Positions 47,804 through 58,953 of a stretch of 64,000 nucleotides of DNA are shown here, one piece after another. The notes below the pieces were generated by a model, which saw only the letters and a list, made by a program, of their open reading frames with translations, was not told the origin of the DNA and did not search any database. How positions within the stretch are numbered: the stretch's first letter is position 1; every line of letters starts with the position of its first letter. Source of the DNA: Minisyncoccota bacterium (lineage in GTDB: Bacteria; Patescibacteriota; Minisyncoccia; Phycocordibacterales; UBA9973); assembly GCA_041674285.1 (NCBI GenBank), contig JBAYVZ010000003.1:20606-84605 (forward strand). Reading direction: 5' to 3'. The position numbers and the translations under genes are program-made.

Positions 47804-47956
47804 TAAATTATTAATAATTATTATTTCACCTGCACCTAGCTAAGGCTCAGGTCCCTTTTTTAGGAGGGCACGCAGAAAATGCGATGAACCAATAGTAGCA
47901 AATTTCAGTAAAATGTCAAATAGATTAGGTGCTAGTAATTAGTGACTATTTACTAG

Positions 47957-47988
47957 TAAAAAACACAAAAGAGCCCGATTGGGCTCTT
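47957..47988. terminator. terminator hairpin AAAAGAGCCCGATTGGGCTCTTTTGT after the secreted-protein operon
   Basis: Stem-loop flanked by A/T runs downstream of 48016. Confidence 0.6.
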
Positions 47989-48015
47989 TTGTACTAACAA
48001 CTAGAAACTAATTCT

Positions 48016-49290
48016 TTACCAAGTTATGAGGACACCTCCATTTGCCCCATTCCCAGTCATCCAATCATGATTATTTATACCACCTTCTCCTATGTCAATT
48101 TCAAATTTAGCATTGATAGGCAGATCTTCCCATCTATAAGTATTTACAACGTGAGCACCTGCACCACCACCACCACTCATAGGGGTGACGAATTCTCCTC
48201 CTACTAAAATTTTTGTTGTACAGAAAAGAGCACTAGCAAGTGTTGATTCTCTTCCAAAACCTCCCCCTCCGGCACCCCAACTAATAGTATTAGGCGACAA
48301 ACCTCTACCATTTGTAGTTCCGGTACGAGCACCACCTGCGCCTCCATATCCTCCAACTGTCATATTACCACCTGATATTGCAAACGTTGATGTTGCAGAA
48401 GTTCCACCACTACCACCCACACAAGCAGAATTAGTAGAATACCCACCTGAAGCTGAAAAAATTGACGGAGTTACAACAAAAGGATTTTGGCCATTCCCAC
48501 CCTTAGCAGTCGCTTGTTCTATCCCATTTACATAACCCTTACCCCCTTCACCACCTGTTTGCATTGTAGTACCCCAAGTAGTAGTACCGTAGCCCATTTT
48601 CCCAGCTTCAGCTTGAATTGTATAAAAAGTAGGTGTTGAACCAGAATAAATTCTCAAGGAAGAAGAATCCCCAGGGTTAGTTTTATTACCTGCGTTACCT
48701 GGATTTGAGTCTGTCCTAGGAACACTATTTCCACCAGCCCCCCAAAGCTCTACTTTTATATCTTTTACACCAGGGGGTAAAATAGCAGTGTCAAAGGTAT
48801 GATGTCCAGGAGTATTCCTATACCAAACACCAGAAAAAGAAGAACAAACAGTCAATTCTCCTGACGATGAGGCACATAGTCTCTTCGGTCCAGGCTTACC
48901 TCCAGAAATATCAATATTTTCTAGAACTAATCTATCCACACTGACCTTGCCTGTTCCTGGGCTAAAATTACAACCAGAAGGAGTACAGTTAGCACTACCT
49001 AAATTCAAACTACCAAAAGAAGCAGCATTACCATTTACAACCATAGAACCCTCTACATGGAAATTTGCTATTGGCGCACTAGATGTACCCAAAGCCAATT
49101 TACTTGTTTTATATTGAGGACTATATGTACCACCCATTAATGGCATGGCAGTATTACTTGCTGAAGAAAATGAGGCAGGACGAGATGTGTAGGTAGCAAA
49201 AGTATTTAAACCTAAAGTAAGAACAAGTGCTGGTACTAATATTTTTAAAATTTTAAATAAGTCTTTCATATTTTTATTAATTATGGGCAA
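48016..49290 (-). CDS. secreted protein: N-terminal domain paralogous to the two small secreted proteins (with C..C loop) + C-terminal Gly-rich domain (GAGGNS..GGEGGKG..GGYGGAGGAR..)
   Basis: Signal peptide; RLCASSSGELTVCSS loop; Gly-rich repeats reminiscent of phage tail-fibre-like Gly-rich domains. Confidence 0.5.
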   Translation of the reverse strand: MPIINKNMKDLFKILKILVPALVLTLGLNTFATYTSRPASFSSASNTAMPLMGGTYSPQYKTSKLALGTSSAPIANFHVEGSMVVNGNAASFGSLNLGSANCTPSGCNFSPGTGKVSVDRLVLENIDISGGKPGPKRLCASSSGELTVCSSFSGVWYRNTPGHHTFDTAILPPGVKDIKVELWGAGGNSVPRTDSNPGNAGNKTNPGDSSSLRIYSGSTPTFYTIQAEAGKMGYGTTTWGTTMQTGGEGGKGYVNGIEQATAKGGNGQNPFVVTPSIFSASGGYSTNSACVGGSGGTSATSTFAISGGNMTVGGYGGAGGARTGTTNGRGLSPNTISWGAGGGGFGRESTLASALFCTTKILVGGEFVTPMSGGGGAGAHVVNTYRWEDLPINAKFEIDIGEGGINNHDWMTGNGANGGVLITW

Positions 49291-49709
49291 ATAATAATCT
49301 CTTTGTTTGTATCAATACATAATGATTCCAATGTGTAGACGCTAGAGGATGAACCAGAAGACCCACCACCAGTCGACACGCTCAATCCATATGGATCTTG
49401 AATATCCCAAATATAAAGCTCATTTGAATATACAGAACCGACTTGAGCGAAATTACCCCATATTCCTAATGACTTTATGTAAGAATTCCCATAAACATTC
49501 AAAGTAGAACCTGAGCTAGCTGTTGTTCCTAAACTTAGAGATCCCCATATATTCTGAACTTTATTACCCGTATTTATGACTGGACCAAGATTTGATGCTG
49601 GGTCAGAAACTGAGGGTTTAGGCGTATAGGCTGCAGAAACCCAATTTATTGCTACTGTAAAAACTAGAGCAATTATTAATATTTTTATAGTGTGTAAAAT
49701 TTTTTTCAT
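49281..49709 (-). CDS. small secreted protein with C-terminal Cys loop (LCIDTNKEIIICP)
   Basis: Signal peptide; paralog of 49711-50193. Confidence 0.5.
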   Translation of the reverse strand: MKKILHTIKILIIALVFTVAINWVSAAYTPKPSVSDPASNLGPVINTGNKVQNIWGSLSLGTTASSGSTLNVYGNSYIKSLGIWGNFAQVGSVYSNELYIWDIQDPYGLSVSTGGGSSGSSSSVYTLESLCIDTNKEIIICP

Positions 49710-49710
49710 A

Positions 49711-50193
49711 TTATTGGCAAATTACAACTTTGTGTGTTCCATTATCAAGACAGAGAGCCCGACTAGCCCCTGTACCTCCAGATAAACCATAAACATGCAT
49801 CTTCTCCTGAATTACGCTAGACTGGGACTGCGTCGTCTTAACTGTATTGTTAACTACCATTTTGTTCGCAGTGACAGATCCAGGTATACCCAAAGAATCC
49901 GCAGATAAATCAAGAGACCCAAATGTAGTAAGACCGTATACATATACTGTTGAATCATTGCCATTACTCAAATAATCATAATAAGAACCAACAACCAAAG
50001 CATGAGGGACTTTATTACCAGAAGCACCAGTAGGAGTAGTTCCCACCTTGGACTGATCGACTAAAGGTGATGTTGTATATACAGGAGTAGAGAATCCTCC
50101 ATTTGGTGGAGTCGCAGTAGGCCCAGCAAATGCTACGCCAGCAAATGCTACGCCCACCAAAACCATGATTGAGAAAATTTGTTTTGTTTTCAT
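49711..50193 (-). CDS. small secreted protein with C-terminal Cys loop (LCLDNGTHKVVICQ)
   Basis: Signal peptide VAFAGVAFAG; paralog of 49281-49709. Confidence 0.5.
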   Translation of the reverse strand: MKTKQIFSIMVLVGVAFAGVAFAGPTATPPNGGFSTPVYTTSPLVDQSKVGTTPTGASGNKVPHALVVGSYYDYLSNGNDSTVYVYGLTTFGSLDLSADSLGIPGSVTANKMVVNNTVKTTQSQSSVIQEKMHVYGLSGGTGASRALCLDNGTHKVVICQ

Positions 50194-50197
50194 ATAA

Positions 50198-53100
50198 TTA
50201 GCGTTCTATTACTTTTATCTTCTTTGTTAATGGGTCAAAATTTACAGTTACATCATCACTACCTGGCTTTGTTGGATTTGAACAAGTGACCCTAAATATC
50301 GTAGGACCAGGATCAGAAACCGACACCGCATACCCAATAGAATTATTATCCATCTGAGCAGGTTGACCAGAAGCTACAGAAGTATTCTTTGTTACATTAG
50401 AAATTGCACAAGAATTTGCGAATGTAGATGTCCAATAAAGGTTTACATTTTCATAAATTTTTGCATTAGCTGGGAAAGCCCATGCGGTTACTATTGGTGT
50501 TGGGTTTACGGCAGTTACTCTCACTAGTATTGGCCCAACAGTCGCTCCATACATATCCAAACAGTTATAGAGAGTAAACGTCTGAGGTCCAGGTGTATTT
50601 CTTATAGTTACAGGAGTACTACTATTACCTATTATGTTTCCTGATTTCCAAGGAGACCCAGGACTAGTTGACGCCCTACAAGAGTTGGCACTGACACCAG
50701 ATATCTCCCAAAATAGTGTCTGAGTAGTTCCGATCACCGCCTCAATATTACGTGTATTTACATTTCCTATACCAAATTTTACAACAGCAGGAACTGGTGG
50801 AATCGTGGTCACAGTCACATCCAGATACTTAGTCACACTTGAATTTGCAGAGTTGAAACATTCCAACATGAATGAATCACCTGTTGATGATATAGATACA
50901 GGGAATGCATTAGGCGCCGTCAAGTTGGCAGAAAGTCGTGCGTTATTTAGCTTTACACTTGATGGTGATGTTCTATAAATATCACATCCACCACTAGCAT
51001 TTGTGGTTGACCAATACAATCCAGTATTTCTATTTGTTGAAGGTACAGGATTTATCGTAGCTTGTAAACCACCGTCGATTACTGGATCTGCAATGACCCC
51101 AACATTCACAGATAGATCTTTTGATACAAGAGAAACCCCGTCAGTACATGTAATTCTAAAAATAGAATTTGCAGATACACTCACTCCTGGCCTATTACCA
51201 TTCTTAGTCAAACCTATACCAAGATCAGAAAATGAGGGTGTAATTCTAGCAAGATTACATGAAGTAGTGTTTACCGATGTCCAACTCAATGTAGTATTGC
51301 CCCCCGAAGTAGAGCTAAATGATCCTGGGGTAGCTATAAATGAAGTAATTGAAGGTAGAGTCCCTGGATTATTCACAGAAATTAAAGAAGTTGAAGATTT
51401 TGTTTCTACTGGCAAAAGTTTGTTAAAACAATCAACTTTATATAGAGCATTCTGTGTCCCCACGTTAAATGTCTTATTGTAGAAAGCCAAGCTATTTGAC
51501 ACTATTCCTCCTGAATTTTCTGCCATCGGAGAAGCAACCCATCCATCACTCACAGCTTGAACAATACCGTTTACGGTCTTACTTGCATTACATGCAACCA
51601 TATTCCCAGTAATAGGTGTTTCAACTGTATTGTTAATAAATATCTTGTAGTAGATATTCGAAGATGGAGAATATGGTAATCCAGATAATCCAACCCTAAA
51701 ATCCCCGCCGGGAGTTGATGCAAGATAAAGATGATTCCACTGAGAAGGAGGAGCAACAAATCTTACCCAATATTTTGTACCTTTCACAACATTTACATTA
51801 TTTATAGGTATATAGCCCCAATTATAGGTTGTAGTTGAATTTGAAGGCCAGACAGCAGAAGGATTTGGAAATACTGCATTTTGACTACTCAGCATGCCAC
51901 CAAGCGAACCATTATTATCCCTATGGATATAAACGTTTAAATCGTATGGCTTATATGCAGTATTTGCCTTATAATAAATTTTTATTTGTCTTAGTGGTCC
52001 AGTGTCTTGAGCCACAAAACTCTGCATAGAATGCTGTGTCGAGGTCGGGCTATCCATCAATACTGAAGATGCAGGCGTAATGGGGCCAATATTCCCTAAG
52101 CCATTTGTCTGATAGGTGCCGACTCTCTTATGTGTATAAAAATTTATATTAGAAGCATTTGGGGATGGGTATGATACAGAGTTAGGATTGGCTGATATAT
52201 TATCCATAAAATTCCAAACTTTTACAGGCTGGGTAAATGTAACAGACTGACCATTGTTAATATTGGTACAAGTCAATGAATAAGTATTTGAATATTGGCC
52301 TACATATATATTCTTAGACCCAGAGACAGGTGTAGCAGATGGAGACCCGGACCAAAGAGATCCAGACCAATTAGTATCCCCAGAAGTGTTTGAAGCAGAA
52401 CATGTCGTAGCATTTTTAACAGACCATGTAAGATTTACAGCATTCAGCGATTTTATATCTACTGGATTTGGCAATTTACTTGAATCTACAACATAAGAAA
52501 CATCATTTTTGTCTACTGTAAAAGTAACAGTCGGTGATACTTTTATGCTTACAGAAGAGGTTCTGATTATCGTACCATTAGAACAAACGATACTATATAT
52601 AGCATCAGAAGGGCCCACATTTACTGTAAAATATTTCCCCGAACCAGATGACGGTACTATTGAACCAACCCAACCGTCACCAGCAGCCTGACTAACACCA
52701 TTTACTGTCTTTGAAGCAGTACAAGCTGTGGGTGCTACTGTAGTTGAAGTATTTAAAGAATTAAAAAAGCTAAGAAGAACCTGATTACTAGACTCAGAAA
52801 CTACATATTTTGATGCGGATAAAGATATATACATATTCCCAGTAGACCCCGAAATCTTTACCCCACTCATATCAATCCAACCAACTACATCACTTCCCCA
52901 GGCATATCCAGACATATTTCTAGGCATAGTTGAATTACCCGCAGCAGCAACAGAAACACCAGAAAGGTCTATGAAGCCAGAAAATCCTGGTAAGGAAGTT
53001 GAACCGTTACCAGATAATACCTTTGCGAAACCAGAGAGAGTGGTCGCAGAAGTCATAGATCCAATTTTTGGAGCACACAATGCGACAGTATTCCCAGCAG

Positions 53101-53380
53101 GACAAGAAGCGAGAGTCGGGTCAAAATGTATCCAACCCAAATTATCATTCCAAGCGTAGTTCGAAAGTAACTTAGTGCTATCATTTACAGTCACTTTAAA
53201 AGAGCCATTACCGCAGGCCCCAATATCTCCACAATTGAAACTAATCCAACCAACGTTTCCAGACCATGCACTACCAGAAAGTTCAAAATCGGCAGCATCT
53301 ACATTAGAAGCAAAAGAAAATAAACTAAAAATAAAAACTGCCGCAAAACCTATATTGGATAAGTATTTTTTAATATTCAT
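50198..53380 (-). CDS. giant secreted/cell-surface repeat protein (1060 aa from MNIKKYL); N-terminal 'AW....GWI.F' repeats
   Basis: Signal peptide; repeated SGSAWSGNVGWISF / YAWNDNLGWIHF / GYAWGSDVVGWIDM; Ser/Thr/Asn-rich beta-rich body. Confidence 0.5.
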   Translation of the reverse strand: MNIKKYLSNIGFAAVFIFSLFSFASNVDAADFELSGSAWSGNVGWISFNCGDIGACGNGSFKVTVNDSTKLLSNYAWNDNLGWIHFDPTLASCPAGNTVALCAPKIGSMTSATTLSGFAKVLSGNGSTSLPGFSGFIDLSGVSVAAAGNSTMPRNMSGYAWGSDVVGWIDMSGVKISGSTGNMYISLSASKYVVSESSNQVLLSFFNSLNTSTTVAPTACTASKTVNGVSQAAGDGWVGSIVPSSGSGKYFTVNVGPSDAIYSIVCSNGTIIRTSSVSIKVSPTVTFTVDKNDVSYVVDSSKLPNPVDIKSLNAVNLTWSVKNATTCSASNTSGDTNWSGSLWSGSPSATPVSGSKNIYVGQYSNTYSLTCTNINNGQSVTFTQPVKVWNFMDNISANPNSVSYPSPNASNINFYTHKRVGTYQTNGLGNIGPITPASSVLMDSPTSTQHSMQSFVAQDTGPLRQIKIYYKANTAYKPYDLNVYIHRDNNGSLGGMLSSQNAVFPNPSAVWPSNSTTTYNWGYIPINNVNVVKGTKYWVRFVAPPSQWNHLYLASTPGGDFRVGLSGLPYSPSSNIYYKIFINNTVETPITGNMVACNASKTVNGIVQAVSDGWVASPMAENSGGIVSNSLAFYNKTFNVGTQNALYKVDCFNKLLPVETKSSTSLISVNNPGTLPSITSFIATPGSFSSTSGGNTTLSWTSVNTTSCNLARITPSFSDLGIGLTKNGNRPGVSVSANSIFRITCTDGVSLVSKDLSVNVGVIADPVIDGGLQATINPVPSTNRNTGLYWSTTNASGGCDIYRTSPSSVKLNNARLSANLTAPNAFPVSISSTGDSFMLECFNSANSSVTKYLDVTVTTIPPVPAVVKFGIGNVNTRNIEAVIGTTQTLFWEISGVSANSCRASTSPGSPWKSGNIIGNSSTPVTIRNTPGPQTFTLYNCLDMYGATVGPILVRVTAVNPTPIVTAWAFPANAKIYENVNLYWTSTFANSCAISNVTKNTSVASGQPAQMDNNSIGYAVSVSDPGPTIFRVTCSNPTKPGSDDVTVNFDPLTKKIKVIER

Positions 53381-53381
53381 A

Positions 53382-53699
53382 TTATTGATACAAGCTTTTA
53401 ATAATCTCGAGCTCTCGAGCACGAGCTTCCTTGGTAGGTAATGTATTTGATTTTTTGCTTTGGGATTGTTCCACGAATTCTATTTTTTGTTCTTCTGACA
53501 GATTTATATTCATAGCATCTTCGGCTGTATTATTTATCATCTCTTGTATTTTTTCTTCTTCTGTCTGAGGTATTAGAGAAGCTTTGTATTTTTTATAAAA
53601 AAAGACACCAAGTAGAACTAGAACAATTAATAAAATTATTATAATGATATTTTTTTTCTGAGAGAAAAAATTTTGTGAAACTTTTTTTATGTCAATCAT
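53382..53699 (-). CDS. small N-terminally membrane-anchored protein, first gene of the secreted-protein operon
   Basis: Single TM (IIIIILLIVLVLLGVFF) followed by a charged region; its stop abuts the start of the giant protein gene. Confidence 0.45.
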   Translation of the reverse strand: MIDIKKVSQNFFSQKKNIIIIILLIVLVLLGVFFYKKYKASLIPQTEEEKIQEMINNTAEDAMNINLSEEQKIEFVEQSQSKKSNTLPTKEARARELEIIKSLYQ

Positions 53700-53810
53700 T
53701 GTATTTTTATTATATCACGCATGCAAAGTATCACAACACAAAATCTTGCTTTTCTGTGGAAAAGTTGGTATTATGTTTATACAAATGTCCGTCTCGAACC
53801 GGACTTTTTT

Positions 53811-53993
53811 AGTAAAATAATGAGCCGTAGGCGAATATATTTTATTTATGCAAAACAAGGAGCATCGCGACTATGTTTTGCGCTAGTAAAATAAGGAGCT
53901 ACGTGTGAACATATTTTATTTATTCAAAATAGGGAGCGAAGCGACCATATTTTGTATTTTAGCAAAATTAAATAGAAGGCATAAATATTTTTT
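53811..53993 (+). repeat. about 2.5 tandem imperfect ~75-bp repeats (agtaaaataaKgagc...atattttatttat.caaaa.aRggagc..gcgac.atRtttt) upstream of nusA, preceded by the hairpin GTCCG-TCTCGAAC-CGGAC-TTTTTT
   Basis: Seen by eye; sits in the divergent region between the surface operon and nusA. Confidence 0.5.
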
Positions 53994-54012
53994 CATGCCG
54001 GACAATAAATAT

Positions 54013-55234
<1,222 letters not shown>

Positions 55235-55288
55235 TAAATAAAAACAACTTTATAACTTTTGACATTATAAACTTTATAACTAAATCCT

Positions 55289-55873
55289 ATGGCAAACATA
55301 AACCAAAAACCTAGTAAATACATGTATAACCTATTGCACGTGCTACCCGCATTTGCAAACGAAGAAAAGGGTGTAATCAATGCAATTATCGAAGTATCAG
55401 CAGGATCTATCAATAAATATGAGATGATTACAGAATCAGGCCAGCTGAAGCTCGATCGTGTAGGATATTCAACACTCGCATACCCATTTACATACGGAGC
55501 TATCCCTATGACTTGGGATTATGATGGTGATCCACTAGATGTAGAGATTGTGAACATCACAGAACCTCTAGTACCAGGATCCCTAGTAGAAGCTAGAGTT
55601 ATCGGTGTAATGAAATTCGTAGATGGTGGTGAGGTAGACGACAAGATCATTGCAGTATTAGCTGATGATCGTCGCTCTGACCACATCAAGACAGTAGAAG
55701 ATCTAGGTGAATACTTTAAAACAGAGACTAAATATTTCTGGGAAAACATAAAATACCTAAAGAAACCAGGCACAGGAGTAGTAGAGACATTTTACGGACC
55801 AGAGGAAGCAATCAAAGTCCTAAAAGAATGCGAAGAGAAATACGCAAAAGAATACGCTCCAAAACTGGACTAA
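55289..55873 (+). CDS. ppa: family I inorganic pyrophosphatase
   Basis: DGDPLDV, EIPxG-like and other PPase motifs. Confidence 0.9.
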   Translation: MANINQKPSKYMYNLLHVLPAFANEEKGVINAIIEVSAGSINKYEMITESGQLKLDRVGYSTLAYPFTYGAIPMTWDYDGDPLDVEIVNITEPLVPGSLVEARVIGVMKFVDGGEVDDKIIAVLADDRRSDHIKTVEDLGEYFKTETKYFWENIKYLKKPGTGVVETFYGPEEAIKVLKECEEKYAKEYAPKLD

Positions 55874-55962
55874 TACATATAAAACACCCCTATTTATAGG
55901 GGTGTTTTATTGTTTTTGACAAAATACAAATTAATGCTATTCTAAAGAAAAAACCCAAAACC

Positions 55963-56820
55963 ATGAGACAATTAAAAATTTCAAGGCAATTCACAAATAG
56001 GGACGCCAGATCTCTTGATGTATTTTTCAACGAAATGAGCAAGACACCACTCCTTAGCGATGAGGATGAGATATCTCTAACACAAAGGATAAGAGATGGA
56101 GATCACGTAGCCCTAGAAAAACTAGTGACCTCAAATCTGAGGTTTGTAGTATCAGTAGCAAAACAATACCAGAACCAAGGATTATCATTGGGAGACTTGA
56201 TAAATGAAGGTAGTATCGGACTAACCAAGGCGGCCCAAAAATTTGACGAGACCCGTGGATTTAAATTTATATCTTATGCAGTATGGTGGATCAGTCAATC
56301 AATAATCGCGGCTATAGTGAATAGCGCCAAAATGATTCGTCAACCATTAAACAAAGTTGTTCTGGGTAATAAAATAAATGCAAAAACGGGACAGCTTGGG
56401 CAAGAATTAGGGAGAGAACCTAGCGACGAAGAGATTATGGAATATTTAGACATAGATAAAGAAAGTTTTAACCATTATTTAGAAAGCGCAAAACATCTAT
56501 CTCTAGATTCCCCTATCAGTGAAGAAGGCGATATCACTATTTTAGACACCATCGATAATCAAGAAGAGAGCCCTGACTCAATCTTAATGAAAGAATCTCT
56601 TAGTATTGAATTAAAAAGAGTTATAAATAAATCATTAAACGAAAAAGAGAAAGAGGTTTTAATCTATTATTATGGATTGGACGGCAATGCCCCACTAAGA
56701 TTAGAAGACATAGCCAAAATAATGAAAATCACCAGGGAGGGTGTACGCCAGATAAAAGAAAAGTCTCTTAGAAAATTGGGTAAACATACTTACCGAAAAA
56801 AATTAATCTCATATTTATGA
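55963..56820 (+). CDS. RNA polymerase sigma-70 family factor (RpoD/SigA-like, short)
   Basis: Regions 1.2-4 are present: PLLSDEDEISL, NLRFVVSVAKQY, FKFISYAVWWISQSI, C-terminal HTH. Confidence 0.8.
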   Translation: MRQLKISRQFTNRDARSLDVFFNEMSKTPLLSDEDEISLTQRIRDGDHVALEKLVTSNLRFVVSVAKQYQNQGLSLGDLINEGSIGLTKAAQKFDETRGFKFISYAVWWISQSIIAAIVNSAKMIRQPLNKVVLGNKINAKTGQLGQELGREPSDEEIMEYLDIDKESFNHYLESAKHLSLDSPISEEGDITILDTIDNQEESPDSILMKESLSIELKRVINKSLNEKEKEVLIYYYGLDGNAPLRLEDIAKIMKITREGVRQIKEKSLRKLGKHTYRKKLISYL

Positions 56821-56897
56821 GAATAAAGCCTCTGCAATTATTAATTGCAGAGGCTTTTTTGACAAAAAGGTGTTATTTATATAGACTGTGAACACAT

Positions 56898-57959
56898 ATG
56901 ATCAAAACAACAGTAACAAAATTAGAAAAAAGTGAGGTAGAAATCACTGGTATTATAGAGAGTGCAGTATTTATGTCCTATGAGGACAAGGCCCTAGCAC
57001 ACCTAGGAGAGAGAATAGAATTACCAGGTTTTCGCCCAGGTAAAGCTCCGGCTGAGATAATAAAGCAAAATATCAACGATATGATGCTATTAGAAGAGAT
57101 GGCAGAGCGTGCAATCACTGCATCTTACGCAGAAATCATCGAACAGGAAAAGATCGATGCTATCGGTCGCCCAGAGATCAGTATTACAAAGATTGCTCGT
57201 GGTTCTGACCTTGAATTCAAGATCAAAACAGCAGTTCTACCAGAGATAAAGCTCCCAGACTACAAGAAAATAGCAAAAGAAGAGAACGCAAAGGAAGATT
57301 ACAAGAAAGAGGTTGTGATAGAAGAGGCAGATATCGAAAAAACTCTACTCGATCTACGTAAAATGCGTGCTCACCAAGATCTTCACAAGAATGATGAACC
57401 AGGTACACCCCACACAGAACACCCAGAACCAGAAGAAAAAGATCTACCTGTGATCGATGACGAATTTGCAAAATCAATCGGTAAATTTGAAAATGTAGCA
57501 GAATTAAAGGCAAAAATTGCTGAGAATCTAAAGACAGAAAAGGAAACTGACCAAAAGGACAAACGCCGTCTAGCTATCATCGAGAAATTACTAGAACAGA
57601 CAGAGGGTGAACTACCTGAAATCCTAGTAAATGCAGAATCAGACAAGCTGATGTACCGCCTAGAAGCAGATGTGACTCAGATGGGATTCAAATTCGATGA
57701 ATATTTGACTCAAGTAGGAAAAACAGAGGCTGACTTGAGAAATGAATGGAAGCCAGAGGCAGAAAAGCGTGCAAAACTAGCTATGATCATACACCGCTTG
57801 ATGGAATTGGAAAATCTAAGACCAAGCGATGAAGAAGTTCAAAAAGAAGTAGACGTATTGGTAAATATGTACAAAGATGCGGATCCAATCCGAGCTCGTG
57901 CATATGTAGAACAGATGATTGGCAATGAAAAAGTATTTTCTTTCCTAGAGAATCAATAA
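56898..57959 (+). CDS. tig: trigger factor (short form)
   Basis: N-terminal ribosome-binding domain with GFRPGKAP motif. Confidence 0.8.
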   Translation: MIKTTVTKLEKSEVEITGIIESAVFMSYEDKALAHLGERIELPGFRPGKAPAEIIKQNINDMMLLEEMAERAITASYAEIIEQEKIDAIGRPEISITKIARGSDLEFKIKTAVLPEIKLPDYKKIAKEENAKEDYKKEVVIEEADIEKTLLDLRKMRAHQDLHKNDEPGTPHTEHPEPEEKDLPVIDDEFAKSIGKFENVAELKAKIAENLKTEKETDQKDKRRLAIIEKLLEQTEGELPEILVNAESDKLMYRLEADVTQMGFKFDEYLTQVGKTEADLRNEWKPEAEKRAKLAMIIHRLMELENLRPSDEEVQKEVDVLVNMYKDADPIRARAYVEQMIGNEKVFSFLENQ

Positions 57960-57969
57960 AGATTAGTTT

Positions 57970-57994
57970 CCAGTAACTAGTTTCTAGTAACTAG
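57970..57994. promoter_or_regulatory. pair of 11-bp odd palindromes (CCAGTAACTAG-TTT-CTAGTAACTAG), candidate regulator operator
   Basis: Same motif pair as 58919-58943, upstream of clpP. Confidence 0.4.
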
Positions 57995-58050
57995 AAAGAA
58001 AAAAGACCGGAGCATAAACGCTTCGGTCTTTTTTATTTGTTTTCCTATTT

Positions 58051-58725
58051 TTACTTATTTAGGTCTAATTTGTGAATAACAGCATTTGATGTATCCACTT
58101 TGAATTCGATAGTGTCCTTGTACTTTAAATTTCCAAGGTTTAACTCAAATTTAAATTCTTTTGGTAAAGAATTGTAATCGAATTGGTCAAAATAAGAGTA
58201 AGGTAGCTCGGAATATCTATCAAAACCACTCTTACCCAGAGTCTTACCATAAAAATGGGTCACCAAGAATGTAGATTCAATGTATTTGGGATAGCCGTCT
58301 ACTTTGGCTAATGTACCATCTTCGTACTTCACCACTATAGCATCACCATTACCACCAATACCTGCTGGACCAGTAGAATAATCCCAAAAGCAATGATCCA
58401 CATCAAGCTTATTTAGGATTGCTTCATCATTACAACGTATCCTATGTAAATCGTTTCCATCTTTGTCTCGGACATCTACCCATGGTCCGTAATGCAGATA
58501 GTAGCAGAAGCACCATCCGGTGAAATTAGCTCCGCCTGGAATAATCCATTCGAACATCTGCATTTTTACCGGAGGTTGTGGAGGTACTACAACTACCGCC
58601 TGTTTTGGGGGAGGTGTTTTATTGTAACCACATGTCAGACACTCCTTTTGGCAAGAACTCGATGCAAAGATAAATGCAAAGATCATCGCTATCGAAATAG
58701 CGGAAAAGAAAAATTTATTTTTCAT
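58051..58725 (-). CDS. lipoprotein (lipobox FASSSC), Pro-rich linker, function unknown
   Basis: Signal peptide with a lipobox cysteine. Confidence 0.5.
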   Translation of the reverse strand: MKNKFFFSAISIAMIFAFIFASSSCQKECLTCGYNKTPPPKQAVVVVPPQPPVKMQMFEWIIPGGANFTGWCFCYYLHYGPWVDVRDKDGNDLHRIRCNDEAILNKLDVDHCFWDYSTGPAGIGGNGDAIVVKYEDGTLAKVDGYPKYIESTFLVTHFYGKTLGKSGFDRYSELPYSYFDQFDYNSLPKEFKFELNLGNLKYKDTIEFKVDTSNAVIHKLDLNK

Positions 58726-58918
58726 TTTAAATTGGTTTATATTTTGCTCATATTATATCATATTTGTACCCTATTTGTCAAGGTAAAAAATTCCCCTATT
58801 GAGGGGTGGATTTTGTACTCAAAAGACGGGGTGGACAGGGCCCATCCACCTCCCCCTACGGGTACTCCTCAAGAGGAGAATTATCTGTTATACTAACCCT
58901 ACAATTACCAATAATTCC

Positions 58919-58943
58919 CTAGTCACTAGCAACTAGTCACTAG
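58919..58943. promoter_or_regulatory. pair of perfect 11-bp odd palindromes (CTAGTCACTAG-CAA-CTAGTCACTAG) 11 nt upstream of the clpP ATG
   Basis: Direct repeat of a palindromic half-site pair; a classic operator architecture. Confidence 0.45.
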
Positions 58944-58953
58944 AACCTAACCC

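Noticed and set aside
51003-51482. 159-aa plus-strand ORF and other plus-strand ORFs between 51500 and 53441
   Set aside because: Antisense within the giant secreted-protein gene; no independent signals.
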